A DNA stretch of 64,000 nucleotides from Deltaproteobacteria bacterium (GCA_016200545.1 JACQEO010000084.1:5528-69527); one strand, 5' to 3'. Shown: positions 1 to 10,928, numbered from the stretch's first letter. Notes: generated from the sequence alone by a model not told the origin. Numbers and translations are program-made.

Positions 1-919
1 GAAGGCGCGCGGCCTCGATCTCACCGAGATCCTACACCGACCCGAGGTGCCGGAGCGGATTCCGATCCGCTGCACGCAGCCGCAGGACCACGGTCTCGAG
101 AAGGCGCTCGACCGGGTGCTGATCGAGCGCTGTCGTCCGGCGCTCGAGCGTCGCGAGCCCGTCGAGGTGTCGCTGCCGATCCGTAACGTCAACCGCACCG
201 TCGGCACGCTGCTCTCCGCCGAGATCTCACGGCGCTACGGAGCCGACGGGCTGCCCCCGGAGACGATCACGCTGCGCTTCAACGGCTCCGCCGGACAAAG
301 CTTCGGCGCCTTCCTCGCGCCCGGCATCGCGATCACGCTCGAAGGCGATGCCAACGACTACTGCGGGAAAGGCCTCTCCGGCGGCCGCATGGTCGTTTAC
401 CCGCCGCGCGCGGCGACCTTCGTCCCCGAGGACAACATCATCGTCGGCAACGTCTCTCTCTACGGCGCCACCGGCGGCGAGGTCTTCTATCGCGGCATGG
501 CCGGCGAACGCTTCGCGGTGCGCAACAGCGGCGTCACCGCCGTCGTCGAGGGCGTCGGCGATCACGGCTGCGAATACATGACGAAGGGCCTCGTCCTCGT
601 GCTCGGGAAGACCGGCCGCAACTTCGCCGCCGGCATGAGCGGTGGCGTCGCCTACGTCCTCGACGTCGACGGCGACTTCAAGGGCCACTGCAACCTGAGC
701 ATGGTCGAACTCGACCCGCTCGAGGAGCACGACCTCGCGACCGTCAAAGACCTGCTCCGTCGCCACTACGAGTACACCGCGAGCACGGTGGCGTGGCGCA
801 TCTTGTCGGGCTGGCAGGAGTTCGCGCGCCAATTCGTGAAGGTGATGCCGGTCGAGTACCGCAAAGTGCTGGCGGCGGCGCACCTCGACACCGACGCCGC
901 CCGCGTCGCCGCGGTCTAG
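1..919 (+). CDS. gltB: Glutamate synthase large subunit, C-terminal (GXGXG) domain; 5' end lies outside the window
   Basis: The reading frame is open from the window edge. The translation ('[41 protein letters not shown]…[20 protein letters not shown]') is the conserved C-terminal beta-helix of GltB. gltD follows 12 nt downstream. Confidence 0.9.
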   Translation, partial: KARGLDLTEILHRPEVPERIPIRCTQPQDHGLEKALDRVLIERCRPALERREPVEVSLPIRNVNRTVGTLLSAEISRRYGADGLPPETITLRFNGSAGQSFGAFLAPGIAITLEGDANDYCGKGLSGGRMVVYPPRAATFVPEDNIIVGNVSLYGATGGEVFYRGMAGERFAVRNSGVTAVVEGVGDHGCEYMTKGLVLVLGKTGRNFAAGMSGGVAYVLDVDGDFKGHCNLSMVELDPLEEHDLATVKDLLRRHYEYTASTVAWRILSGWQEFARQFVKVMPVEYRKVLAAAHLDTDAARVAAV

Positions 920-931
920 ACCGGGGCGACG

Positions 932-2383
932 ATGGGAAAGATCACCGGGTTCCTCGAGATCGGGAGAGAGTTGCCGGCGCGCCGGCCGGTCGCGGAGCGC
1001 TTGCGTGACTGGCGCGAGCTCGAAGGGAAGCTCCCCGAGGACAAGCTCCAGGCGCAGGGCGCGCGCTGCATGGATTGCGGCATCCCCTTCTGTCACAAGG
1101 GCTGCCCGCTCGGAAACATCATCCCCGATTGGAACGATTTGGTGTATCGCGGCCGCTGGAAGGACGCGATCGACCGCCTTCACTCGACGAACAACTTCCC
1201 GGAATTCACCGGGCGCATTTGCCCGGCGCCGTGCGAGGAGGCCTGCGTTCTCGCCATCAACGACGACGCGGTCACGATCAAGCAGATCGAGAAGCAAATC
1301 ATCGATCACGCGTTCAAGGAGGGCTGGATCGCGCCGGTGCCGCCGTCGCAACGCAGCGGTAAGCGGGTCGCGATCGTCGGTTCGGGTCCCGCGGGTCTCG
1401 CCGCCGCCGCGCAGCTGAACCGCGCCGGCCACACCGTCGAGGTGTTCGAGCGCGCCGATCGGATCGGCGGGCTTCTCACCTACGGCATCCCCGACTTCAA
1501 GCTCGAGAAGTCGATCGTCGAGCGGCGCCTGCAGCAGATGCGTGCGGAAGGCGTCGTCTTTCGCGTCAACGCGAACGTCAGCGTGAACGTGCCCGTCAGC
1601 GAGCTGCGCGCCAACTACGACGCGATCGTCCTCGCCGGCGGCGCGACCTGGGCACGCGACCTGCCGATTCCCGGCCGTGAGCTCAAGGGCATCCACTTCG
1701 CGATGGATTTCCTGCCGCAGCAAAACCGCAAGGTCGCCGGCGACGCCGTGCACGAGCAGCTCGTCGCGACCGGCAAGAACGTCGTCATCCTCGGCGGCGG
1801 CGACACCGGCTCCGACTGCCTCGGCACGTCGAACCGCCAGGGTGCAAAGCGCGTCCACCAGTTCGAGCTGCTGCCGAAGCCGCCCGAGTCACGGACGGAG
1901 GAGGTCGCACCGTGGCCGTACTGGCCGATGATCCTCCGCAGCTCGAGCTCGCACGAGGAAGGCGTGCAGCGCGACTGGAGCGTCAACACCAAGGCATTCT
2001 CCGGAGATGCCGACGGGAACGTCCGCAAGCTGCACGGCGTCCGCCTGGAGTGGACCAAGGACGCGAGCGAGCGGCCGCAGATGACGGAAGTGCCGGGGAG
2101 CGACTTCGAGATCGACTGCGAGCTCGTGCTCCTGGCGATGGGATTCCTCGGCCCCGAACGCACCGGCATGCTCGAGGAGCTCGCGGTGCGCCTCGACCAA
2201 CGCGGCAACGTCGCCGTCGGCCCCGACTATCAGGCGAGCGTACCCGGCGTCTTCGCCTGCGGCGACATGCGGCGCGGACAGTCCCTCGTCGTCTGGGCGA
2301 TCTGGGAGGGGCGTGAAGCGGCGCGTGGCGTCGACGCGTTCCTCATGGGCCACACCTACCTGCCGTCGAGCCCCGAGCTGTAG
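932..2383 (+). CDS. gltD: Glutamate synthase small (NADPH) subunit
   Basis: 483-aa ORF with the Fe-S Cys cluster ('[17 protein letters not shown]', 'CPAPCEEAC'), an FAD/NAD Rossmann motif ('[14 protein letters not shown]'), and a position directly after gltB. Confidence 0.9.
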   Translation: MGKITGFLEIGRELPARRPVAERLRDWRELEGKLPEDKLQAQGARCMDCGIPFCHKGCPLGNIIPDWNDLVYRGRWKDAIDRLHSTNNFPEFTGRICPAPCEEACVLAINDDAVTIKQIEKQIIDHAFKEGWIAPVPPSQRSGKRVAIVGSGPAGLAAAAQLNRAGHTVEVFERADRIGGLLTYGIPDFKLEKSIVERRLQQMRAEGVVFRVNANVSVNVPVSELRANYDAIVLAGGATWARDLPIPGRELKGIHFAMDFLPQQNRKVAGDAVHEQLVATGKNVVILGGGDTGSDCLGTSNRQGAKRVHQFELLPKPPESRTEEVAPWPYWPMILRSSSSHEEGVQRDWSVNTKAFSGDADGNVRKLHGVRLEWTKDASERPQMTEVPGSDFEIDCELVLLAMGFLGPERTGMLEELAVRLDQRGNVAVGPDYQASVPGVFACGDMRRGQSLVVWAIWEGREAARGVDAFLMGHTYLPSSPEL

Positions 2384-2509
2384 ACGACGCGCCCGGGTCG
2401 CCCCGTCGCACGATGCACGCGCGCGGGGGCGCTTGCCGGGATCCGCCGTGCGCGCGAAGATACGCGCGTGGTGCACGTCGATCGCGCTTCCCGCCGGTCT
2501 CGGTTGGCC

Positions 2510-3586
2510 ATGCGCACGCTCGGTCGCGGCGCTGCGGCGCTCCTCGTATCGACAACGCTGGTGACGCCGCGGATCGCCGCGAGCGCAACCGTCACTTGCG
2601 GCATGGTCGTCGAGGATCAGATCGTGCTCGACCGCGATCTTCGCTGTGCGGGCCCGGCGCTCGTTATCCGCAACCCTCGCACCGTCGTGCAGCTGAACGG
2701 TCACGTCCTCGAGTCGTCGCGTCCCTGTCACGACGCGGGGTCGACCGTCGGCATCGTCGTCGAGCCGACCGCGGACCGCGCCAACATCCTCGGGCCCGGC
2801 ATCGTGCGCGGCTTTGCGACCGGCATCACGATCGACTGGGCGCCGCAGGTGCAGCTCCGCGATCTCCGCGTCACCGACAGCTGCGCCTTCGGCATCGCCG
2901 TCCGCAGCACGACCGCCACCCGCGCCCGCGACCTCGTCCTCGATCGTAACGGCGACGGCGGCGACAGCGCCGGCGCGATTCGCGTCGAGCACGCGCGACG
3001 CTTCGCGCTCGTCGACAGCGACGTGCTCCTGAACGACGCTGGCGCGAACGGAGCGGCGATCGACCTCCGCAGCTGCGAGAACTGTCGCATCGGCGGCAAC
3101 CGCGTCGTCGCCAACCACGGCGCCGGCATCCGCCTCGACGTCGAGTCGCAAGCAAACGAGGTCGAGCGCAACCTCATCCTCGGGCAGCGCCCGAGCGACG
3201 TCGTCGATCAAGGCTCCGACAATCTCATTACCCTGAACGGCTTCGACCGCGGCGACGGCGTCGACCCGCCGCCGCTGTGGCCGCTCCTCAGCGTTCCCGC
3301 GTCGCCCGCGCCCGGCATCGCCGGTTGCGGCACGATGCACGACACGGTGGGACCGCGGGCCACGGTGACGATCACGTGCCCGCAGGACGTCGGACTGCGC
3401 GCCGTCCGGAACAGCGTCGTCACCTATCGGCTGCTGAACCCATTCAACACCTCGCAACTCTTCCGCGGAACCTGCAATCCCGGCATCGTCCACCCGGCGG
3501 CGGGGAGCACCGGGGGCAGCGTGAGGTGCACCAACGGCGATTCGCTGTGGCCGGCCGTGCTCGAGGTCACCTGCTGTTTGAATTGA
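2510..3586 (+). CDS. Secreted right-handed parallel beta-helix repeat protein (pectin-lyase fold, NosD-like), function unknown
   Basis: Signal peptide 'MRTLGRGAAALLVSTTLVTPRIAASA'. Repetitive beta-helix rungs ('…NGDGGDSAGAIRVEHARRFALVDSDVLLNDAGANGAAIDLRSCENCRIGGNRVVANHGAGIRLD…'). The start is taken at the Met that begins the signal peptide. Confidence 0.6.
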   Translation: MRTLGRGAAALLVSTTLVTPRIAASATVTCGMVVEDQIVLDRDLRCAGPALVIRNPRTVVQLNGHVLESSRPCHDAGSTVGIVVEPTADRANILGPGIVRGFATGITIDWAPQVQLRDLRVTDSCAFGIAVRSTTATRARDLVLDRNGDGGDSAGAIRVEHARRFALVDSDVLLNDAGANGAAIDLRSCENCRIGGNRVVANHGAGIRLDVESQANEVERNLILGQRPSDVVDQGSDNLITLNGFDRGDGVDPPPLWPLLSVPASPAPGIAGCGTMHDTVGPRATVTITCPQDVGLRAVRNSVVTYRLLNPFNTSQLFRGTCNPGIVHPAAGSTGGSVRCTNGDSLWPAVLEVTCCLN

Positions 3587-3617
3587 AGCCGCCTACGGCT
3601 GCGTTCGTGACACGTTC

Positions 3618-3637
3618 GGCGCGCGCCCCGGCGCGCC
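3618..3637. terminator. GC-rich hairpin between convergent genes (candidate bidirectional terminator; no U-tract)
   Basis: GGCGCGC–gccccg–GCGCGCC perfect 7-bp stem between the stop of the beta-helix gene (3586) and the stop of bfd (3642). Confidence 0.25.
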
Positions 3638-3641
3638 GGCG

Positions 3642-3875
3642 TCAGGCGGGCGCCAGCACCGGCGTCTCGGAAACCGCGAGCTCCATCATCACCTGCGTCA
3701 CCTGCGCGCGTGTCTCCCGGCTCTCGCGCAGGCATTCGCGAACCAGCGCGCGGCATGCGCCGCACCCTGCCCCGGCACCGCAACGACGCTCGACCGCTCG
3801 CATCGTGGCCGCGCCGTCGGCAACGACGGCGCGCAGTTTCCGGTCGGAGACGTTGGCGCAGATGCAGATGATCAT
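3642..3875 (-). CDS. bfd: Bacterioferritin-associated ferredoxin ([2Fe-2S] Bfd)
   Basis: 'MIICICANVSDRKLRAVV…CGAGAGCGACRAL' matches the Bfd pattern (CxC…CxxC; compare E. coli 'MYVCLCNGVSDKKIR'). The start is placed at the Met preceding 'IICICANV'; the track's upstream Met lies inside a palindromic operator. Confidence 0.7.
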   Translation of the reverse strand: MIICICANVSDRKLRAVVADGAATMRAVERRCGAGAGCGACRALVRECLRESRETRAQVTQVMMELAVSETPVLAPA

Positions 3876-3894
3876 GGGCACTTCACTACCGACT

Positions 3895-3911
3895 TTGAAA
3901 ATCATTTTCAA
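3895..3911. promoter_or_regulatory. Perfect 17-bp palindrome TTGAAAATcATTTTCAA immediately upstream of bfd; Fur-box-like operator candidate
   Basis: Seen directly: 8-1-8 inverted repeat with a central AATCATT like the core of Fur boxes. bfd is a classic Fur-regulated gene in other bacteria. Confidence 0.45.
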
Positions 3912-3949
3912 TAGGAATTCGCCCGAGCCCGTGAAATCGGGGGCTTAGA

Positions 3950-5347
3950 TCAAATGTTGATCGACCGCTTGGCGACCGCCAGCGCCGCCTCCTTCAACGC
4001 CTCGGGGAGCGTCGGATGGGCGTGCGGCGTGCGTGCGACGTCCTCGGCGCTGGCGCCGTACTCGATCGCGAGCGCGGCCTCGGCAATGAGATCGGAGGCG
4101 CGCGGTCCGAGGACGTGCACGCCGAGGATGCGGTCGGTGCGCGCATCGGCGAGCATCTTCACTCCGCCCTCGGTCGCGCCCAGGCACTTGGCGCGCGCGT
4201 TCGCCATGAACGGAAAGCTGCCGACGTTGATCGCGAGGCCGCGCTGCGCGGCGTCCTCCTCCGAGAGGCCGACGCTGGCGAGCTCGGGCCAGGTGTACAC
4301 GACGTTGGGGATGGCATCGTAGTTCACGTGGCTTGCCTGCCCCGCCATGCGCTCGACGGCCACGACACCTTCCTCTTCCGCCTTGTGCGCCAGCATCGGC
4401 CCGGGCACGACGTCGCCGATCGCGAACACACCCGCGACGCTGGTCTCGAAGTGCTCGCCCACCAGGATCCGACCGCGGTCGTCGAAGGCGACGCCGAGCT
4501 CACGGGCGCCGAGGCCCTCGGCGTACGGACAGCGGCCGATCGCGACCAGGACGACGGCGGCATCTTCGGTGAACGACTCTCCTTTCGACTCGAGCGTCAC
4601 CCGCACGCCGTGCTCGGTTCGCTCGGCCCTGGCCGCCGACGTCTCGAGGCGGAAGGTCATCCCTTGCTTTTTGAGCGCCGCCTGCAGTTGCCGCCCCATG
4701 CCGCGATCCATGAGCGGCACGATGCGGTCGAGGAACTCGACGACGGTCACCTGCGCGCCGAGGCGCGCCCACACCGAGCCGATCTCGAGCCCGACCGCGC
4801 CGGCACCGACGACGAGGAGCCGCTCCGGAACGGCCGGCAGCGCCAGCGCCTCGGTCGAGCTGACGATACGCTCGCCGTCGAACGGCAACGTCGGGAGCGA
4901 GCTCGGCTTGCTCCCGGTCGCGATCAGCACGCGCGCGGTCTCGAGCGTCCGTTCGGCCGCTCCGCTCACCACCACACGCTGCGCGGAGGCGAGCCGCGCG
5001 CTGCCCACGACCCGCTCGATCTTGTTCTTCTTGAAGAGCGAAGCGACACCCTGCGTGAGACCGCGCACCACCTTGTCCTTGCGCGCCATCATCGCCCCGA
5101 GGTCGAGCGCGACCTTCTCGACGGCGATGCCGTGCACGCCGAGCCCGTGCCGCGTCTCCTCGTAGCGTTCGCTCGAATCGAGCAGCGCCTTGCTCGGGAT
5201 GCAGCCGACGTTGAGGCAGGTGCCGCCGAGCCGGTCGTACCTCTCGACGCACGCGACACGCATCCCGAGCTGCGCGGCGCGGATCGCCGCCGTGTAGCCG
5301 CCCGGTCCGGAGCCGATGACGACGAGGTCGAAGCGGTCGTCGGCCAT
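3950..5347 (-). CDS. lpdA: Dihydrolipoyl dehydrogenase (E3)
   Basis: '[56 protein letters not shown]' gives the FAD-binding GxGxxG motif and the redox-active CLNVGC disulfide; 465 aa. The start overlaps the sucB stop (ATGA). Confidence 0.9.
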   Translation of the reverse strand: MADDRFDLVVIGSGPGGYTAAIRAAQLGMRVACVERYDRLGGTCLNVGCIPSKALLDSSERYEETRHGLGVHGIAVEKVALDLGAMMARKDKVVRGLTQGVASLFKKNKIERVVGSARLASAQRVVVSGAAERTLETARVLIATGSKPSSLPTLPFDGERIVSSTEALALPAVPERLLVVGAGAVGLEIGSVWARLGAQVTVVEFLDRIVPLMDRGMGRQLQAALKKQGMTFRLETSAARAERTEHGVRVTLESKGESFTEDAAVVLVAIGRCPYAEGLGARELGVAFDDRGRILVGEHFETSVAGVFAIGDVVPGPMLAHKAEEEGVVAVERMAGQASHVNYDAIPNVVYTWPELASVGLSEEDAAQRGLAINVGSFPFMANARAKCLGATEGGVKMLADARTDRILGVHVLGPRASDLIAEAALAIEYGASAEDVARTPHAHPTLPEALKEAALAVAKRSINI

Positions 5348-6687
5348 CAGACGTCGAGGAGGAGACGCGCCGGATCCTCGAGGCGCTCCTTCACGTGCAC
5401 CAGGAAGGTCACCGCCTGCGCGCCGTCGACGAGGCGGTGATCGTACGAGAGGGCCACGTACATCATCGGCCGGACGACCACCTGATCGTCGACGGCGACC
5501 GGGCGCTTCTCGATCTTGTGCATGCCGAGGATGCCGCTCTGCGGCGGGTTGAGGATCGGCGTCGACAGCAGCGAGTCGTAGACGCCGCCGTTGGAGATTG
5601 TGAACGTGCCGCCGGCGAGGTCGTCGATGGCGAGCTTGTTGTCGCGCGCCAGCTGCGCCAGGCGCGCGATCTCGCGCTCGAGATCGGCGAACGACATGCG
5701 CTCGGCGTGGTGCACGATCGGCACTACGAGGCCACGCTCGGTGCCGACGGCGATGCCGAGATGGACGAAGCGCTTGTAGACGACGGCGTCGCCACGGATC
5801 TCGGCATTGATCTCGCGGATCTCCCGCAAAGCCGCGATGCACGCGCGCGCGAAGAACGACATGAACCCGAGCGGAACGCCGTACGCCTTCTGGAAGCGTT
5901 CTTTCTGCGTCGCGCGCAGCGCCATGACGGCGCTCATGTCGATCTCGTTGAAGGTGGTGAGAATCGCGGCGGTGTGTTGCGCCTGGACGAGGCGCTCGGC
6001 GATGCGTTTGCGGAGCCGCGTCATCGGCACCGGTTCCTCGCCTTCGCTAGCTGCGCTCATCGCAGCGGGTGCGCTCATCGCCGCAGCTGCGCTCATCGGC
6101 GCGGGTGCGCTCATGGCGGGGGCGGCGGCGGTCGCGCTCGCGGCATCGTCAGCGCGTGGCGCGACGTCCGCAGGCGCCGCCGCCGACGCGCGCTCGAGGT
6201 ACGCCAGCACGTCCTCCTTCAACAGGCGTCCGCCCTTCCCCGACGCCGGGATCACGGCGGGATCGACCGCGTGCTCCTCGATCAGACGGCGCACGGCCGG
6301 ACTGAGTGGTCCGACGCCGCGTCCCGAGAGTCCGCCGACCATCTCCCGCGCCGACGCCGCCGCGAGACTCGGACTCGCGACGGACCCCGATCCCGGTACC
6401 GCGAGCAACGCCGCGGGCACGGGTGCCGGCGCCGAGCGGGACGCGCCGCCGCCGGCCTCGTCGATACGCGCGACGACGTCGCCGACGCGCACCGTCTCGC
6501 TCTCCTGCCGCACGATGCGCAATGTCCCCGCCGCCTCGGCGGGGATCTCCATGCTCGCTTTGTCGGTCTCGAGCTCGAGGAGGATGTCGTCCTTGGCGAC
6601 GATGTCACCGTCACGCTTCACCCAACGGACGATCACGCCCTCGGTCACCGACTCGCCAAGCGTGGGAATTCGGACCTCGACTGCCAT
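5347..6687 (-). CDS. sucB: Dihydrolipoyllysine-residue succinyltransferase (E2 of 2-oxoglutarate dehydrogenase)
   Basis: N-terminal lipoyl domain ('[13 protein letters not shown]'), Ala/Pro linker, and C-terminal catalytic domain ('…[17 protein letters not shown]'). It lies between sucA and lpdA. Confidence 0.85.
   Translation of the reverse strand: MAVEVRIPTLGESVTEGVIVRWVKRDGDIVAKDDILLELETDKASMEIPAEAAGTLRIVRQESETVRVGDVVARIDEAGGGASRSAPAPVPAALLAVPGSGSVASPSLAAASAREMVGGLSGRGVGPLSPAVRRLIEEHAVDPAVIPASGKGGRLLKEDVLAYLERASAAAPADVAPRADDAASATAAAPAMSAPAPMSAAAAMSAPAAMSAASEGEEPVPMTRLRKRIAERLVQAQHTAAILTTFNEIDMSAVMALRATQKERFQKAYGVPLGFMSFFARACIAALREIREINAEIRGDAVVYKRFVHLGIAVGTERGLVVPIVHHAERMSFADLEREIARLAQLARDNKLAIDDLAGGTFTISNGGVYDSLLSTPILNPPQSGILGMHKIEKRPVAVDDQVVVRPMMYVALSYDHRLVDGAQAVTFLVHVKERLEDPARLLLDV
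6050..6118. repeat. Tandem ~15-nt repeat (GCGCTCATCGCNGCN x4) inside the sucB linker, encoding (P/A)AMSA repeats
   Basis: Direct repeats are visible on the plus strand; the protein shows '[26 protein letters not shown]'. Confidence 0.5.
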
Positions 6688-6732
6688 GCCGCCTCACCCT
6701 CTCGGCGGCGCCCAGAACACGCCGGGCGCCGC

Positions 6733-9579
6733 TCAGCGCGCCGCCGCGACCGCCGCCGTGCCCTCGCTCGCGCGCTCGCGGGCGAACGCCCGATTGATCA
6801 GATCGGCCTCCTCGGCCTGATGGAGCTTGTACGAGCCCGTTGCCGGACTCGCCGCCTCCGGCCGGCCGACGTAGCTGAGCGCCCGCGAAGCGGGCACGAT
6901 GCGCCGCAGGCGATGGTACATGAAATGCCAGGCGCCCATGTTCCAGGGCTCCTCCTGAACCCAATAGATCTGTCGCGCCTGCGGGTACGCGGTGAAGACC
7001 GCCTCGAGCTCGCGCTGCGGAAACGGATACAGCTGCTCGACGCGCACGATCGCGGTGGTGTCGAGCTCGCGTTCACGCCGTCCGTCGAGGAGCGTGTAGT
7101 ACACCTTGCCGCTGCAGAGGACGATGCGTGTCGCCCGCGCCGGATCGATCCGCACGCCGGCTTCCGGCGCTCCCGCGACGGCGACGTCGTCGAGCACCGG
7201 GTGGAAGACGTCGTGCGTCAGTTCGCGCGCGCTCGAGACCGCGAGCTTGTGCCGCAGCAGGCTCTTCGGGCTCATGATAATGAGCGGCTTGCGGAACGAC
7301 CGATGCATCTGACGTCGCAGCGCGTGGAAGTATTGCGCCGGCGTCGTCAGGTTGCAGACCTGCAGGTTGTCGTCGGCGCAGAGCTGGAGATAGCGCTCGA
7401 GCCGTGCGCTCGAGTGCTCGGGCCCCTGCCCCTCGTAGCCGTGCGGCAGCAGCAGCACCAGGCCGCTCATACGCTGCCACTTCGACTCCGAGCACGCGAT
7501 GAACTGGTCGATGATCACCTGCGCGCCGTTGGCGAAATCCCCGAACTGCGCCTCCCAGACGACGAGCTTCCACGGATCCGCCGAGCTGAAGCCGAACTCG
7601 AACCCGAGGACCGCGTTCTCCGAAAGCATGCTGTCGAGGATGACAAACCGCGCCTGGCCCTCACGGACGTTGTCGAGGGGGATGTAGCGCGCGCCGTTTT
7701 TGTTGTCGTGCAGGACGGCGTGCCGGTGGCTGAAGGTGCCGCGGCCGCTGTCCTGCCCGCTCACCCGCACCGTCGTGCCTTCGATCACGAGGGATCCGAT
7801 CGCCAGCGCCTCACCGCATCCCCAATCGATCTTGCCGCCCTCGCGTACCATCGCAGCGCGCGTCTCCATGAGGCGCGCCACCCGCGGATGCGGCGTGAAG
7901 CCGTCCGGCACGCGCGTGAACGCCGCGGCGATTTCGTCGAGAACCGCCGGGTCGACGGCCGTGTCGGCGCCCCAGTCGTTGCCGGCCCACCCGAGCCCCT
8001 TCCACAGGCCACCGAACGCGAACACCGGCAGCCGCGGCATGAAGTCGCGGGCGTATCCTTGCGCGTCGTCGAGGAGCTCGCGGAACTCGGCCGTGCGGCG
8101 GTCGGCGTCCTCGCGCGTCAGCAGCCCCTCGGCGAGGAGGCGGGCGCGGTACTGCTCGAGCGGCGACGGATGCTGGGCGATCTGTTGGTACATGACCGGC
8201 TGGGTGAAGGTGGGGTCGTCGAGCTCGTTGTGCCCGTGCTTGCGGTAGCAGACGAGGTCGATGATGACGTCCTTCTTGAAGTGTTGCCGGAACCCGATCG
8301 CGAGCCGCGCCGCCTGCACCGCCGCTTCGGGGTCGTCACCGTTCACGTGGAAGACCGGCGCCTGGATGATCTTGGCGACGTCGCTCGGATAGGGCGTGAA
8401 GCGGAACGCCTCGGGCGGCGTCGTGAAACCGATCTGGTTGTTCACGATGATGTGGATCGTGCCGCCCGTCCGATAGCCCTCGAGCTCGGAGAGCCACAAC
8501 GTCTCGGCGACCATGCCCTGTCCGGTGAACGCCGCGTCGCCGTGCATGAGGATCGGCACCACGCGCTCGCGTTCGGTGTCGCCGAGCCGGCTCTGCTTCG
8601 CCCGCACCATGCCCTCGATCACCGGATCGACCGCCTCGAGGTGGCTCGGGTTCGGGCTCAGCGACAGGTGCACCTTGCGCCCGGCCCGTGTCGTATGGTC
8701 GCGCGAGTAGCCGAGGTGGTACTTGACGTCGCCGTCCCCCATCGACTCCCTGACGAGAAAGCTGCCCTCGAACTCGGCGAGAATCATCTCGTATGGCTTG
8801 CTGAGGACGTTGCCGAGGACGTTCAGACGCCCGCGATGCGGCATGCCGATGACCATTTCTTCGACGCCCTGCGTGCCGGCGTCCTCCACCAGCGTGTCGA
8901 GAAGCGGGATCAGCGACTCGGCGCCCTCGAGCGAGAAGCGCTTCGCGGTTGGGTAGCGGGTCTGTAGGAACTGCTCGAAATGCTCCGCGACCATCATGCG
9001 ATCGAAGATCCGCGTGCGCTCGTCGCGGCCGAGATCGGGGTGGTTGGAGCTGGGCTCCATGCGGTCCTGCAGCCAGACACGCTGCGCACGGTCTTGGATG
9101 TGCAGGTACTCGACTCCGAGCGTCTGGCAGTAGGTCGCCTGCAGGCGCTGGATCAGCTCGCGCAGGGTCGCCGTCGCGCACCCTTGGAAGCTACCGCACT
9201 CGATCACCCGATCCATGTCGGCCTCGCCGAAGCCGAACTCGGAAGGCTCGAGAAGCGGATGTCCCGCGGGCTTCGGCGCGAGCGGATTCAGGTGGGCGAC
9301 GAGGTGACCGAGCTCACGATACGAATGGACGAGATCGAAGACACCGATGACCGGCGCCGCGTCCGGTCTCGCCGTCGATGCGGCCGCGGCGCTCGCCTCA
9401 CGACCGTTCGGATGAGGAGTCGCCGGCGCGTCGGCACCGTTGCCGTCGGCGGCGAGTTCGAATCCGGCGAAAAAGAGCGCCCAATTGTCGTCGACCGAGC
9501 TCGGGTCTTGCCGATAACGACGATACTGCTCGTCCACGTACGACGCGTTGGCGCGGGTCACCAGATCCAGGCTGCGCAT
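6733..9579 (-). CDS. sucA: 2-oxoglutarate dehydrogenase E1 component
   Basis: 948 aa. The N-terminus ('…SYVDEQYRRYRQDPSSVDDNWALFFAGF') and ThDP-binding region are typical of SucA. It lies upstream of sucB and lpdA on the same strand. Confidence 0.9.
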   Translation of the reverse strand: MRSLDLVTRANASYVDEQYRRYRQDPSSVDDNWALFFAGFELAADGNGADAPATPHPNGREASAAAASTARPDAAPVIGVFDLVHSYRELGHLVAHLNPLAPKPAGHPLLEPSEFGFGEADMDRVIECGSFQGCATATLRELIQRLQATYCQTLGVEYLHIQDRAQRVWLQDRMEPSSNHPDLGRDERTRIFDRMMVAEHFEQFLQTRYPTAKRFSLEGAESLIPLLDTLVEDAGTQGVEEMVIGMPHRGRLNVLGNVLSKPYEMILAEFEGSFLVRESMGDGDVKYHLGYSRDHTTRAGRKVHLSLSPNPSHLEAVDPVIEGMVRAKQSRLGDTERERVVPILMHGDAAFTGQGMVAETLWLSELEGYRTGGTIHIIVNNQIGFTTPPEAFRFTPYPSDVAKIIQAPVFHVNGDDPEAAVQAARLAIGFRQHFKKDVIIDLVCYRKHGHNELDDPTFTQPVMYQQIAQHPSPLEQYRARLLAEGLLTREDADRRTAEFRELLDDAQGYARDFMPRLPVFAFGGLWKGLGWAGNDWGADTAVDPAVLDEIAAAFTRVPDGFTPHPRVARLMETRAAMVREGGKIDWGCGEALAIGSLVIEGTTVRVSGQDSGRGTFSHRHAVLHDNKNGARYIPLDNVREGQARFVILDSMLSENAVLGFEFGFSSADPWKLVVWEAQFGDFANGAQVIIDQFIACSESKWQRMSGLVLLLPHGYEGQGPEHSSARLERYLQLCADDNLQVCNLTTPAQYFHALRRQMHRSFRKPLIIMSPKSLLRHKLAVSSARELTHDVFHPVLDDVAVAGAPEAGVRIDPARATRIVLCSGKVYYTLLDGRRERELDTTAIVRVEQLYPFPQRELEAVFTAYPQARQIYWVQEEPWNMGAWHFMYHRLRRIVPASRALSYVGRPEAASPATGSYKLHQAEEADLINRAFARERASEGTAAVAAAR

Positions 9580-9695
9580 GCGTTCCTTTTAGCCTCTCGG
9601 CGCCGCGCCCGCCACAGGGCGCGATCTCCGCTCACCCGCGCGGCCGCGATCTGATACACTACGACGCGTGACCGCGACGGACCGCGAGCCTGGCG

Positions 9696-10928
9696 ATGGC
9701 TAGACCGCAACGCAGCGACGTCGTCGCCATGGTCCTCGCCGGCGGCGAGGGCAAACGGCTCTACCCGCTCACCCGCGACCGCGCCAAGCCGGCGGTGCCC
9801 TTCGGCGGCCGCTATCGCATCATCGACTTCGTGCTCTCCAACTTCGTCAACTCCGGCATCTTCAAGATCAGCGTGCTCACGCAGTACAAATCGGGATCGC
9901 TGGTGCAGCACCTGGCGCGCGGTTGGCAGCTCGCGCCGCAGATGGGCCACTACGTCACGCCGGTACCGGCAACGATGAACGTCGGCCGCGAGTGGTTCCG
10001 TGGCAGCGCCGACGCCGTCTATCAGAACCTCGACGTGGTCGCGAACGAGCGTCCCGCCTACGTCTGCGTCTTCGGTGCCGATCACATCTACCAGATGGAC
10101 ATCTGCCAGATGCTCGACTTCCACGCCGAACGCGGCGCCGACGCGACGGTCGCGACGATCCCCGTCCCGGCCGAGCAGACGGACGAGTTCGGGATCCTCG
10201 AGTGCGACGTCGAGCGTCGCGTGACCGCGTTCCGCGAGAAGCCCACGCCCGAGCCGGGCGCAACCGGTACCGCCCCGGCCTCGATGGGCCTCTACATCTT
10301 CAGCGCCGACGTCCTGGTGCGCGCCGTCACCGACGATGCCGAGCGCGTCGACTCGAGCCACGACTTCGGCCGCGACATTCTGCCACGCCTCGTCGAAGGG
10401 TCGCGCGTCTTCGCCTACGACTTCTCGACCAACGAGATCCCGCACATGCACCAGCAGCAGCGTGGTTACTGGCGCGACGTCGGAACGATCGACGCGTACT
10501 GGCAGACGTCCGAGGATCTGATCTCGGTGACGCCGATCCTCAACCTCTACAATCCGGCGTGGCCGATGATCTCCGCCTTCTACCCCAACCCTCCCGCGAA
10601 GTTCATCTTCGCCGATCCGGAGCACAACCGCGTCGGGCTCGCGACCAACTCGATGGTCTCGGAAGGCTGCATCATCAGCGGCGGCCACGTCGATCGCTCG
10701 ATCCTCGGCCCGCGCGTGCGCGTCAACAGCTTCTCGCTGGTGAGCGAGTCGATCCTCTTCGACGGCGTCGAGGTCGGCCGCCACGCCCGCATCAAGCGCG
10801 CGATCATCGACAAGGGCGTCGTCGTACCGCCGGGCACGACGATCGGCTACGACGACGTCGAGGATCGCCGGCGCTTCACCGTCAGCGAAAGCGGCGTCGT
10901 GGTGGTCCCGAAGGGCCTGGTGCTGTAG
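9696..10928 (+). CDS. glgC: Glucose-1-phosphate adenylyltransferase
   Basis: 'VLAGGEGKRLYPLTRDRAKPAVPFGGRYRIIDFVLSNFVNSGI…' gives the ADP-glucose pyrophosphorylase signature; 410 aa. Confidence 0.9.
   Translation: MARPQRSDVVAMVLAGGEGKRLYPLTRDRAKPAVPFGGRYRIIDFVLSNFVNSGIFKISVLTQYKSGSLVQHLARGWQLAPQMGHYVTPVPATMNVGREWFRGSADAVYQNLDVVANERPAYVCVFGADHIYQMDICQMLDFHAERGADATVATIPVPAEQTDEFGILECDVERRVTAFREKPTPEPGATGTAPASMGLYIFSADVLVRAVTDDAERVDSSHDFGRDILPRLVEGSRVFAYDFSTNEIPHMHQQQRGYWRDVGTIDAYWQTSEDLISVTPILNLYNPAWPMISAFYPNPPAKFIFADPEHNRVGLATNSMVSEGCIISGGHVDRSILGPRVRVNSFSLVSESILFDGVEVGRHARIKRAIIDKGVVVPPGTTIGYDDVEDRRRFTVSESGVVVVPKGLVL

Noticed and set aside
227-3493. Long minus-strand ORFs (543 aa and 534 aa) antisense to gltB, gltD and the beta-helix gene
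   Set aside because: Arg/Ala/Gly/Asp-rich low-complexity translations typical of off-frame ORFs in 70% GC DNA, and they fully overlap well-supported genes. The same applies to 5395..8967 (+), 36936..39908 (-), 17194..18813 (-), 21609..23039 (+), 23200..24255 (+), 63166..63975 (+ other frames) and many shorter ones.
9440-9475. tRNA T-loop-like motif 'GAGTTCGAATCCGGC'
   Set aside because: It lies inside the sucA coding sequence (minus strand), and no acceptor, D or anticodon arms can be built around it. It is a chance match in GC-rich coding DNA.
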